Assembly: GCA_039621445.1 (NCBI GenBank)
Contig: CP154954.1
Location: forward strand, 25,060,954-25,124,953
Reading direction: 5' to 3'
Origin: Euglena gracilis
Lineage: Eukaryota
DNA: 64,000 nucleotides
Under the pieces are notes generated by a model that was not told the origin of the DNA, did no database searches, and was given only the letters and a program-made list of their open reading frames with translations. This document shows positions 25,201 through 33,984 of the stretch, piece after piece. A program made the position numbers and the translations under genes. Position 1 is the stretch's first letter. The number at the start of each line of letters is the position of its first letter.

Positions 25201-26349
25201 CCGCCTCTGGCAGCGGGGGTTGCCTTCTATTTGGACCCTACCTCCGCGATTTTTTGCTGGTTTTCTTCAGAAATCCCATGGGGGGGTGTGCTTGTAGCGA
25301 ACCGCCGCTTTTGGCGGCGGCGGCGGCAGGGGTGTACTCTTTTATTTCGACCCTGTGCTTGTAGCGGCCCCGTGCTTCAACATGCTGTTTGAGCTTATCG
25401 TGCCATCATCATCACAAATCAATTGTGTGTTTTCCAGACTTGATGACTTTAGGGGGGGCGTGGCTTGCTCTCCATGTGCTCCTCCCTCCCCTGCGGCCCA
25501 ACGTTGGAGGATTTGTCCTTGTTGAAGATGGAGATGGAGGAGTTCAACCACATTGTGGACCTTTTCAACGGCCTCGATAAGGATGGCAATGGCGTGGTAT
25601 GGTCCCCTTGCCTCGGCTTTCTGTACCTTTGCATGTGGCAGGGGGCGGATGGCCCACACCCCATCACCATTTCAGCCACATCCTTGAGTACCGGCTGAAA
25701 AAATGAGTGATATGTGGGGGATGATGGGAGCGGCGCGGCAGGGGAGCATGTTTGGTTTTAGCTTTCAGTTTCAGTTTCAGTTTGAGTTTTCCCGACGTGC
25801 AGTCAAGAGGACCGGGGCTGGGGTTGTGGTCCCAGCAGGGGTTGCTCTTCGGGCATTGGAACTCCCGAATGATGGGCAGGGGTCTGTGCGCAATTCAAGG
25901 GTGATGAGGATAGCCTGCAAATGAAACTCATTTTTATCAAGGAAACAATCCATAGAAAACGAACGCTTACAAAGTGCCTTTTTTTTGAGGGATGGGGTCG
26001 AGGGATTCATGGCATGATAATATTTTTTTGTGTTTTATGACTTTTTTGATTGATGTCTGATTTTGTGGTCATTTGTGCAGTGGATGGTTTCAGCCACCCT
26101 CGAAGCTTTGCAGTGGCCGCTCGACGCTCTGCAGCCGGCCACCTCGCTTTTCTGCCTCTCTTCCGCGCCACCCCCATCCCCCCTCCCGCGCCACAGCTGA
26201 CGCCGGACGAGGTGGTGGCGATGCTGTCCCGCATGGACTCCGCCACCTTCGCGTTCAACCGGGAGAACACGCAGTACCTCCTGCAGCTGGCCCAGAGCTC
26301 CGAGATCTCGTTCAAGCAGTTCCTGCTGTGGTACAAGGGCGTGGAGTGA
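10333..26349 (+). CDS. Multi-exon gene, 5' end unresolved: RanBP2-type zinc finger x2 + alpha-kinase (eEF2K/MHCK family) + EF-hand protein
   Basis: Exons about 10333-10558(?), about 11786-12046, 13921-14086, 15437-15488, 15662-15730, 16464-16574, 17568-17686, 17951-17991, 19992-20119, 20747-20792, 21075-21128, 21232-21324, 21503-about 21547, about 22024-22088, 23709-23823, 24144-24200, 24882-24898, 25500-25596, 26197-26349. From the zinc-finger exon onward they join in one frame and give ordered alpha-kinase motifs: PLAQGNLRVA, CVAKY, YFVDVEMQ, AEPYI, KHNNNWGFV, TPQAFSHFSW, IVDIQGVGDVYTDPQIH, GMGNCG, HHCNAVC. Confidence 0.9.
11624..11680. repeat. (TTTC)n microsatellite
   Basis: Direct reading. 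Confidence 0.9.
11786..12046 (+). CDS. Exon with RanBP2-type zinc finger 1 (ACKACTFANPPDKDACTMC)
   Basis: C-x2-C-x3-N-x6-C-x2-C pattern. Phase-0 donor gtgcgc at 12047 is compatible with the acceptor at 13920. Confidence 0.8.
12114..13553. mobile_element. Foldback-like element with long palindrome-rich TIRs enclosing a 77-bp tandem array
   Basis: 12114-12293 is inverted relative to about 13315-13553 (ggggggtactggctagtcgacc... / ...gaccagccagtacccccc). AGT directly flanks both ends. Confidence 0.8.
12354..13259. repeat. Tandem array of about 12 near-identical 77-bp units
   Basis: Unit aatcccttttgttgctcaactgtcccagggccccaaaataacaaaatcccttgtgttgccgaaccgttttggaagcc. No unique spacers. Confidence 0.95.
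13921..14086 (+). CDS. Exon with RanBP2-type zinc finger 2 (WVCEVCTLRNPATLMQCSAC)
   Basis: Full W-x-C-x2-C-x3-N-x6-C-x2-C motif. AG acceptor at 13919-13920. 3' boundary inferred. Confidence 0.85.
14588..14897. mobile_element. hAT-like MITE, family C, 8-bp TSD GACCCCAC
   Basis: TSD at 14580-14587 and 14898-14905. Termini cagactgtgtttta / taaaaaaacagcctg. Confidence 0.9.
15489..15661 (+). other. Nonconventional intron (173 bp) that is also an intact TIR element with 8-bp TSD GTCCAGGC
   Basis: Removal gives YVQ-AQKDLLQLL in frame. cagggttgtatgggaa (15492) pairs with ttcccatacaaccttg (ends 15656). GTCCAGGC at 15484-15491 and 15657-15664. Confidence 0.85.
15731..16463 (+). other. Nonconventional intron (CAA...TTG variant)
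   Basis: gcccaaggcctctgctc pairs with gagcagggctttggc. Removal gives QKMA-QGLQ in frame. Confidence 0.7.
15833..16147. mobile_element. MITE related to 31495-31765, nested in an intron
   Basis: Termini cagggttttttt / aaaaaaacccctg, shared gtggaccccggggg body. TSD not recognisable. Confidence 0.7.
17687..17950 (+). other. Nonconventional intron (264 bp), CAG at +4..+6, CTG at -8..-6
   Basis: ggccagggttagacg pairs with cgttaaaccctgctc. Removal gives DLSR-PKGQRACVAKYLK. Residual TSD ctcccggc / ctcctggc (7/8). Confidence 0.85.
19356..19636. mobile_element. hAT-like MITE related to family C, 8-bp TSD ACCCCTCC
   Basis: TSD at 19348-19355 and 19637-19644. Ends cagatttctttttaa / ggtaaacagaagccag. 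Confidence 0.75.
20120..20746 (+). other. Nonconventional intron, or GC-AG intron if shifted by 1 nt
   Basis: ggccgggcctt pairs with agggctcgtc. Removal gives SFLE-AWVI. Residual TSD ttggaggc / tcgcaggc (6/8). Confidence 0.7.
21129..21231 (+). other. Nonconventional intron (103 bp) with a perfect 14-bp terminal stem
   Basis: ccacacatcacccc / ggggtgatgtgtgg. Removal restores the kinase motif KHNN-NWGFV. No GT-AG. Confidence 0.9.
21325..21502 (+). other. Nonconventional intron (178 bp), CAG at +4..+6, CTG at -8..-6
   Basis: agccaggctg / cagcctgcct. Removal restores the catalytic motif FMIV-DIQG. Confidence 0.9.
22089..23708 (+). other. Nonconventional intron (1620 bp), CAG at +4..+6, CTG at -8..-6
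   Basis: ggccaggctt / aagcctgccg. Removal gives GNCGME-GINKFLETHHC. Confidence 0.85.
22198..22365. repeat. (CA)n/(CACC)n microsatellite. A (CT)n tract lies nearby at 21951-21983
   Basis: Direct reading. Confidence 0.9.
24201..24881 (+). other. Nonconventional intron (681 bp), CAG at +4..+6, CTG at -8..-6
   Basis: gaccagcgaaaccctcc pairs with ggagctttcgctgtga. Phase-0 join LHDF-IRDLR. Confidence 0.7.
25500..26349 (+). CDS. Last two exons: EF-hand region (loop DKDGNGV-LTPDE) and stop
   Basis: GT-AG intron 25597-26196 restores a canonical 12-residue loop ending in Glu. A second, degenerate hand ends EISFKQFLLWY. TGA at 26347-26349. Confidence 0.85.
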
Positions 26350-27066
26350 GAGCGCCCCTGACCCCTCACACCCGCACGAACCGGAGGGAGGGCCGGGGGG
26401 ACTGTGGGGCTCCGCCTGGCTGACTGACCAGGCCCGGAGTGCCCCGCACCTCCCGTCCCGCGTTGGACGTTGGCCGCCCCTCCTCCTGCCCCACCCTGAA
26501 CTGCCCACCCCTCAGCCCCTCGACCCGCTGCGATGGCAACCGCTCTGCTTCCTGGGGTTGTGCTGACACCAGACGAGGTCAGCAAGAGGATTAAGGGGGG
26601 GGTGGCCGACTGTTACCAGACCACACTCTCCCCCAATCCTTTGGCTGCAATTTGGACTGTTCATGCACGTATCAGGGGGGGATGTGTTTCGCATTTTTTA
26701 ACACATTTTTTTGCGCATTTTTTTCCCCCTCAAAGCTGGGCTACCGCATTCCTCCAGCCTGCATGTATTTGAGCTTTGGGGCAATTGGAGGAAAGCAATT
26801 CGGGGCAGTGTTTCCCAGGCCGCAGCAAGAGGCCCTGTGCCCCCACCACACTCGTGCACCTTCCCTGTGTTGCTTCGAAATGCTTCTCCAGCGACAAACC
26901 TGTCTTGTCTGCGCCGGTTGCCAACTCCTTGCATGGCAACAGCTTTCCATGTTCTTGTGGCACAGTCAACCGTTCACTGCTGAAATGGGATTGGCCATCA
27001 ACCCCATCTTGCCAGGCGGTCAACTGATCTTTGGGTTTGACCGTCTTGGGTGCATGAAAATAATCT

Positions 27067-27523
27067 TACCCCACCCCAAAATAAGACCCCCCCAAAAATA
27101 GGACCCCCCCAAAATAAGACCCCCCCTGGGCCGATCGAGCAAAATTCCAAAAATAAGACCCCCCCATAAATAAGACCCCTTGACGGTGCGAAGCGCCGGG
27201 GACGGTGAAAATTTTCCCTGAAAAATTACCAAAAACCCCAATTTCATTCACAAAAATGATGAAATTTCAAAAATTCTCAGATTTTTGAAGTGCAAAAAAC
27301 ATGGTAAATGTCAAATTACACCAATTTACACATGGCGCGAAGCGCCGAAGGAAAATTTTTAGCACTCTTGGGAACCTGAAAACTGGTGATTTTTTTGGGC
27401 CCGGGTCGGTCAAGAAAAAATCCAAAAATAAGACCCCCCCCCAAAATAAGCCCCCCCCACCTGAAGGCTTCCAGCAACCGACCCAAAAATAAGACCCGGG
27501 TCTTATTTTTGGGGGAGGGTTTA
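27067..27523. mobile_element. MITE family A copy
   Basis: Reverse complement of 612-1053. Further full or partial copies at about 15148-15228, 35916-36235, 38172-38500, 41480-41884, 46387-46640 and 49188-49543. Confidence 0.85.
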
Positions 27524-28061
27524 TGAAAGCTGTTCAAATACACAATTCCTGTGATCAGAGGAAAGTCCTACCAAAATGGAAGGCCTGAACAAATCAAGTA
27601 TCATTAGTGTCATGCAATTTGACACTGTGGAAAATAGGAGAGTAATTTGTGGGATATTTGTTTGACAATAGTTTATATGTCACATACATATTTTTCCGGG
27701 CATGCTTTTCGAAACAAGGCCTCTTTGATTGCTTTGTTTATGTCTTATTCAAACCATTTTCTTTCGAGTTTCTTTTCTTGTCGAAGGGTATTGTCGCTCT
27801 TAATGTGCGCGATTTCGTGCGAACTCGGCACAACTGCACTCAGCTAGTGGATGCACTTTTTTTGCTACTGGTGGCTGCTGATTTTGTCAGTCTTTGTGTG
27901 CAGATGGTGCTACCCCCCAACCCCCAATTAGAAGCCCCCCGGGGGCCTCAATTCGGTCAGTCTGCAGAAAACCCAAAAGGAGGGGGGCTTCAAATTGGGT
28001 ACTCTTTGTCTAAAGGAAAAACCGTCGGCTGGCGGCCGATCCGGGGATCGAACGGGGTCCA

Positions 28062-31000
28062 CTTAGACGGCCGGGAATGCACTTTTCATTTTTGGTGGTT
28101 TTTTTGCGCACCTGCGCATTCTTTTGTGACCAAGTGTGCCGCCATCACTTGACGGGGCGGCCGACCCGTCAGCTGAAACCCCTGGTACCAAAATGGGTAC
28201 CACTGCTTTCGACCCCCGGGTTTTTTTTCTGGGCAAACCGACTTTTTTCGTTTTGAAAATGACGGTTTAGCACCTCCGCGGACCGAGGGAAAACCCCCGT
28301 CTGCCGAAGTAGGTGCGACACAAAACACTGTTTTACGAGGACGAACCCTCGTCAGGTGAAGGCGTTGTACCTGTCGCTGTCCCCCCCCGTTTTGTGGTTC
28401 CGAGTGAATGCGCAGGTGCGCATTCACCCCCCTCCCCGTCCCGGCCTTTTCCTGAAGTTTTGGACGGTTATTGTGGCTCCCGGGGGTGGGTGTGGGAAGG
28501 GGGTACCGTGGTCTCTGCGGTTTGAGTGGAGAGGAGGTTCTGTGCCCTGTGCTGGAAGCAGGGCACGAGGGGGCTCTGGCGACTGTTTGGTGTGTGCGTG
28601 TAGTCTGCATTCAGAGAGTGGTGGGGTGTGTGTGTTAAAATCAAGACCAGATGTCTGTAGGGGAGGGCTCGTTACCCTCCTCAGGCTGCCTGCTGTTTGC
28701 CATCCCACACGGTGCACTGCACCCCTCCTTGACACTTGCAGGCACAGCATCCCTCCAGTGGCGCACGCAGTCTGCTCCGCATGTGCCTTCTCATAGGCAC
28801 CACGGTACATCACCATGTGCGACCACCTGTGTTCAGGTCTGACGTTTGTGATGGGGTGCTGGGTATGGAATGGGGGGGGCTGGCTTGCACTCCTCTGTGT
28901 GTCACTGGTTTTAAAAGCTACGGAGCGGAGTCCCACTTCAACCCTTTTTTGCCACAGACAACACCCTCCAGAACAGCCCTCACAAACGATGTAAAATGGC
29001 TCCTCTCCGAGGTTGCATGAGGCTCAAGAATGCGCACGTGCGCACTCTTGAGGCCATTCCTTCGCTGGCTGGCTATGATTCTATCTGCAGGAGAGCAGGA
29101 GGGGAGCAGCGCTGGGCATCCACAAGAGTGCGCACCTGCGCATTTCATGAGGGGGAGTGCGCAGGTGCGCATTCTCTGTGTTGTGGGGAGCTGTGTCTCG
29201 CACTCCTGAACCCAGTGCCAGCACAGCATTGTGGCAGGGTCACCCCCATGGTGCACTGCTGGCCTTTTTGTGAGCGATTTCAGAGGCATCTCATTGCACA
29301 GGTGGATGCTGCCAGAGTAGGGTGAACGTCTCCTCGGGGCTGCCTCGTTCTTGGACACCATTGGATCCTCACAGGGAGATCTGCACTTCAACCGTGTGGT
29401 TTCAAACCTATGCCATGCGGGGGGAGTTGGCGTGGGTGGTGGCATACCCACCTGGGAGCGCAAATATTCGACGGTGTGGCTGTCATTCAAAGAAAGGCAC
29501 AGGACGATTTTTTGCGCATGTGCGCATTCACCGGCTTTTCTCTCATGCCATGAAGGACTGCTAACCACATTCGGGAATTAGGGTGCCCGTCACTGAATAA
29601 TTTCCTCGGGCACTGAAGTCCCTTTCTCATCCGTTTTCCCTTGGTACGACACAGTGGAATACACAGAAAAAGCAGAACGAAAAAATTCCTGGGTTTATCG
29701 GCAAGTTTTTGTTGTGATGTGCTTGTGCCTGTCTCACGATCTCAAGGGCCTGGAGAAAATTTGGGGCAAGGACTGACCAGTGGTGTTCGCTTCTTTGAGT
29801 CGGTTTGGATTGTGAATTAATTCTGTGTTTACAGACCGTTTTTGGGAATGATGCCGAAGGTGGTGACAGGTGTGTTTCGCTCTCGAGGTGCCAACCCCGT
29901 GAGCACTGTGTGTGGAACCAGACACAACCCCCTGCGTTGACCCTGACTGTGGGGCACAGTCCTCCTGGCACCGTGCACTGCAGCCCAACATAAGGTTGTT
30001 CAGGGTGACCATTGGCTGTGTGCTGCCATGCACGCTCTGGGGCGTGGGGTCGGACAACGCTGGCAGCAGCCTCCCTCTCCCCCAGGTGGTGGACGGTTGC
30101 ATGTGCGTTGTGACTTGCTCCACACGTTCATCAGAGCAGTGTGACTCGGCTGGGCACTGGATGCAGCGGGTGAAGTGGAATGCGCAGGTGCGCATTCTGA
30201 TTTGTTCGGTGACTTGCGCTGCAGGGGGTTAGTTCCCCTGTCACTGAAGGACATCAATTCGTGCTTTGACACCTGCCGTCGCCGAGCCCAGGGTTTTTGA
30301 TGCTGCAGCAGGTGTTGTGTTTCAGGGTGTGGTCTGGTGCAGCGACATGGTTGCCCAGGGTGATTCTGTTGGTTCATCTCCCCCTCACACACCCATGTTC
30401 CGCAAGCCCGAAACAACATCATAACGGTGCACAGCTCGCATTCAAGGCAGGCAAACAACAGGCCATACCCAGTGTGTCTTTCAACATCAATGCGCGTGTG
30501 CGCATTCCCCCTTCCCATAGCCTGTGTCCATACCAAAAAATGCGCAGCTGCGCATTCTTTTGGGTTCCCAAAAAATGCGCAGGTGCGCATTCTTCGGCCC
30601 TGATACTCAGTGACACCCCCATTGTTTTGACCTTGGGGGGGGCTGTGTCTCTGTGGCTGCAAGGTGTTCCCTCCCATGCTCATCCCAGGTTCACCAGGCC
30701 CTGCCCCCAGAAGCCATCAGCACCCATCGGTGAACACAAGGTGTCACACCCAGCCCCAGGCTTCCCTGCGTCGTCCGTGTTCCGCATGCTGTGTGGAGTG
30801 TGCCCACTGTGTGTCCAGCCACGCACTGTACCACAGTCGTCGTGAAACAGCTGTAAACAGCATGATACGTGGTTGAAGCAGAATACTGGGGGGTGGTTCC
30901 TGGGGTCGCGTTAAATCCAAACAGCTCATTTTTGTGGTGTTTACCCCCTGTCTGGAAGAGGCATCAAACCATGCAAAATGCGCACCTGCGCACTCCGCGT

Positions 31001-31083
31001 CCAAAATGCGCGGATGCGCATTTTCACTAAAACTGCCTAAATTTTGTGACTCAACAAGAAAAGTGCACTCCCGGCCGTCTAAG
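28062..31083. mobile_element. 3.0-kb degenerate TIR transposon with 5-bp TSD GTCCA
   Basis: TIR cttagacggccgggaatgcactttt / aaaagtgcactcccggccgtctaag (24/25). GTCCA at 28057-28061 and 31084-31088. About 12 internal AATGCGCAGGTGCGCATT-type palindromes. Confidence 0.85.
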
Positions 31084-31494
31084 GTCCAAATTTAAAAGTT
31101 CGCAAGACGCATTTTTTCGAATTTTGGGTGGATAGGCCATGTTTCATGGAGACCAGACATCAATTTTTGTTCCCATGTCGACCTTCTTTCGTAGAGTTTT
31201 TTCGATTTTTTTTACTATCGTTCGTAAAATTCTTGGTCAACTTTGTCGGCCGGCTTGGTCGGGGAGGAGCTGTTATTTGGATTTTTGAACCTGAGGGGGG
31301 GTTCCATTTGGGGGAGTTGTCATTTGGGGGGGGGGGGCTTCTAATTGGGGGGGGTTACGTTGTGGACATCGCGCCGTTGCCTTTCTGAATCGCCCTGGGA
31401 GGGCCACCCGCCAACCGATTCCCCAGGTGCTTCCCCTCCACCCCCTGCCAAGCAAGGGTCCTGCTCACAGATTCACTTGACCTCTGTTTGCCTC

Positions 31495-31765
31495 CAGGGG
31501 TTTTTTTTAGTCGTGGACCCCCGGGGGGGGTAGGGTGGGTGGGTCCGGCCGAGCCCCCCCCCCCCCCCAGGGGGGTCCCCCCGGAGGGGGGTGGGATATA
31601 CTTTTCGGCGCCGAAGGCGCCGAAAAAGTGCTATTTTTAGCACTTTTCGCGATTTTTGGCCATTTTTTTGTGGGTCCCACGGGACCCCCCCCCCCCCCCC
31701 GGGGGGGCCCCCCGGGGGGGGGGGGGGTGGGGGGGACCCCCCCGGTCTTAAAAAAAAACCCCCTA
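31495..31765. mobile_element. hAT-like MITE, 8-bp TSD TTTGCCTC
   Basis: TSD at 31487-31494 and 31766-31773. Ends caggggtttttttt / aaaaaaaaccccccta-type. Confidence 0.85.
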
Positions 31766-33306
31766 TTTGCCTCCCCGGGGGGGGGGTGCTCTTGAGAGTG
31801 GGTGGGGTCATCGGGACCCCACACGGGTTGGCATGGAACCCACATGGGTCAATTCAGCTCGGCCTGGCTTGAATTTTTTCAAGGGTTTTTTTTGGAAAAT
31901 TTGGGGTTTTTTTTGGTGTGGGGTTGTGAGTGAGTGGGTTGGGCTGGGGAAAAGTACCTCAAGGGGCCATTCAGTGAATCTACAGTCCTGCTGCCTTTCC
32001 ATCTGCTGCCCTTGGCCAGGAACGGGGCGTGCATCGGGTTTTCATTCAGGACATGGGAATCCTCCAGGGAACACAGGGCAATCCTACAGGAGTTAGGTAA
32101 CCTGTTTCATGGTCCCTCGTGATATTTTATGGGGATTGTTGCTATTGATGATGCAGTGAACCCTGCCCAAAAGAGATAAGACAACATATTCGCCGTTCTT
32201 CCGAACCTCAAAACAAAATGGTGGAAAATGATCTCCATTTCCGTTGTCATCTGCCCCCCCCCCATGCCGCCCTGAATTTGTCACTGTGCAGTCAGTGATG
32301 CCTTGACCCTCCCTCCCGCCCTCTGCGTGACTCCTCCCTCTGACCTGTGGCTACCGATTGCTGGGCGGGCGCCTCCGTTGTGTTGCACTGTAGACTGTCT
32401 CATTCTGATGGAGTCTGAGTGCCAACCACTCACCACTTGGTGCCAAGGTGGTGGATTGGCGAAGAAAGGAGGCGCCAGTTCATAAACGCCATTAAGCAGG
32501 TCCTCCAAAGGCAATGCCTGGCGGGGGGGGGGGCAATGAATGAATGCAATCACACGTTGCAACGGCTGCCTCACTGTGTAGGACAAATCATCATCTGTGG
32601 CTCCCTCCATCAGCCCAGTGCTGTGTTTCTGGAGAGCTGAGTAGAAGGCCAGCCAGCTGGCAAAAGAAACTTGCTTTTGCAGAAGTATCCGTGTTCGTAG
32701 ACGGAATTCTGTGGAAATCTGAAGCAGTTACAAGCGGTTATTGCTGACTTGCAATCCAAAGATGTGTACGTGTCCGTCGAGGGGCCAGTGTTCTTCATGT
32801 GGTCGAACATTGTTTGCTGTGGTTTTCTCTCATTGTCAATGGAGACCCAAATTTTTGATTTTTGGGTACCCCCAAAGATTTTGGGCCGATTTTGGGACCC
32901 CCCCCCCAAATACAAAAACAAAACCCAACCTTGTTTGAAGAATCCCTCATTTCAACTCAGTTTTCTTCTGAGACAAAAAATTGTGAATTGTCATTTTTGC
33001 ATTTTTTTGTCAAATTGCATTTTTTTGCTAATACAAGGGCAACCCCCCCCCCCGTCCGTGAGCTTGGCCCAGGGCATCGTTGAAGGTAAGGCCAGGGTCC
33101 CAACCTTAGGGGGGCCAAGTCTGCATGTTAAGAATTTTGGCGGCCATGTGCAAAAGGCGAAAGGCTAACTTTAGGGGGGCCGAGGTTGTATGAAAGGAGG
33201 AGGGGGGGCCAAGCGCCTTGGGGGGCCACCAGGCCTTCCCGTACAGCCCCCCAGGGCGATTGCATACCGTTTCATTGTCCCCCGCCCCTCCCCCCAGAGG
33301 CGTCCG

Positions 33307-33718
33307 ATGGGCTGTGCCATCTCGTGCCCCAACGCCCCCGGCCCTGCGGAGGCCCCCCCGGCCCCCCCGGTCGCCGACCCCCCGGCCGGGCCCAACCCCA
33401 CCACGCGGCCCCGCCTCCCGACCCGGCGCGGCACCGAGGGAGGCGCCCAGAGACCGGAAGAGAGCGGAGGCCGGTGGGGGCGACTGTGCGGGAGGAAGCC
33501 GGGCGACACCGCGGGGGACCGGCGCGGTTGGTGCCGGGCTGTGAATTGTGGCTGGCCTGCCTCCCCCGGCGTGCAGTCCGCCGACCTCGGCCTCGGTCCC
33601 TGGCCACAGCTCCGGCGACCCCGTCTTTTGCTGGCGCGCCTCCGCCCTGCGTGGGCGATCAACGAAGCGCCGCCCCGCCTCGTTCGACGAGCTGGAGCAG
33701 GTGGAGGTGCCCTCTCCC
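33307..33718 (+). CDS. Probable first exon of a second gene (MGCAISC..., possible N-acylation signal)
   Basis: Very GC-rich island. Pyrimidine tract + AG (cccgcccctcccccag) just upstream of ATG. Ends at a nonconventional 5' junction ggccaggca. Internal frame or intron structure is ambiguous. Confidence 0.55.
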
Positions 33719-33984
33719 GGCCAGGCATTTGGGCCGCGTGTGGGCAAGACCCTCTTTGCCCCCCAGGGATCATTTTCAAGGCAATTTTTTTTCAAAATGT
33801 TAAGGCTAAGGCATTTTTAAGGCTTTTTAAAGGCGCTGTTTTCCAGAACGGTCAAAGGGCTGTCTGGGCATCGAACCAACGTTTTCGAGCAAAACAAAAA
33901 GTCAAAAAAAAACACTTTTTTTTTGAGTTTGGGTAGGATAAACAATGTTTCAGCGACGCCAAAGATCGTTTTCCCCCCAGAGTT

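Noticed and set aside
25594-25880. Alternative EF-hand splice DKDGNG-TISATSL-RVALRAL using two extra small exons
   Set aside because: The single GT-AG intron 25597-26196 gives a better canonical loop ending in Glu (DKDGNGVLTPDE). The alternative stem is out of register.
10333-26349. Alpha-kinase locus as a transposon-disrupted pseudogene
   Set aside because: Interruptions from the zinc-finger exon onward can be removed in frame, mostly with the same stem geometry or GT-AG ends, and the catalytic motifs are intact.
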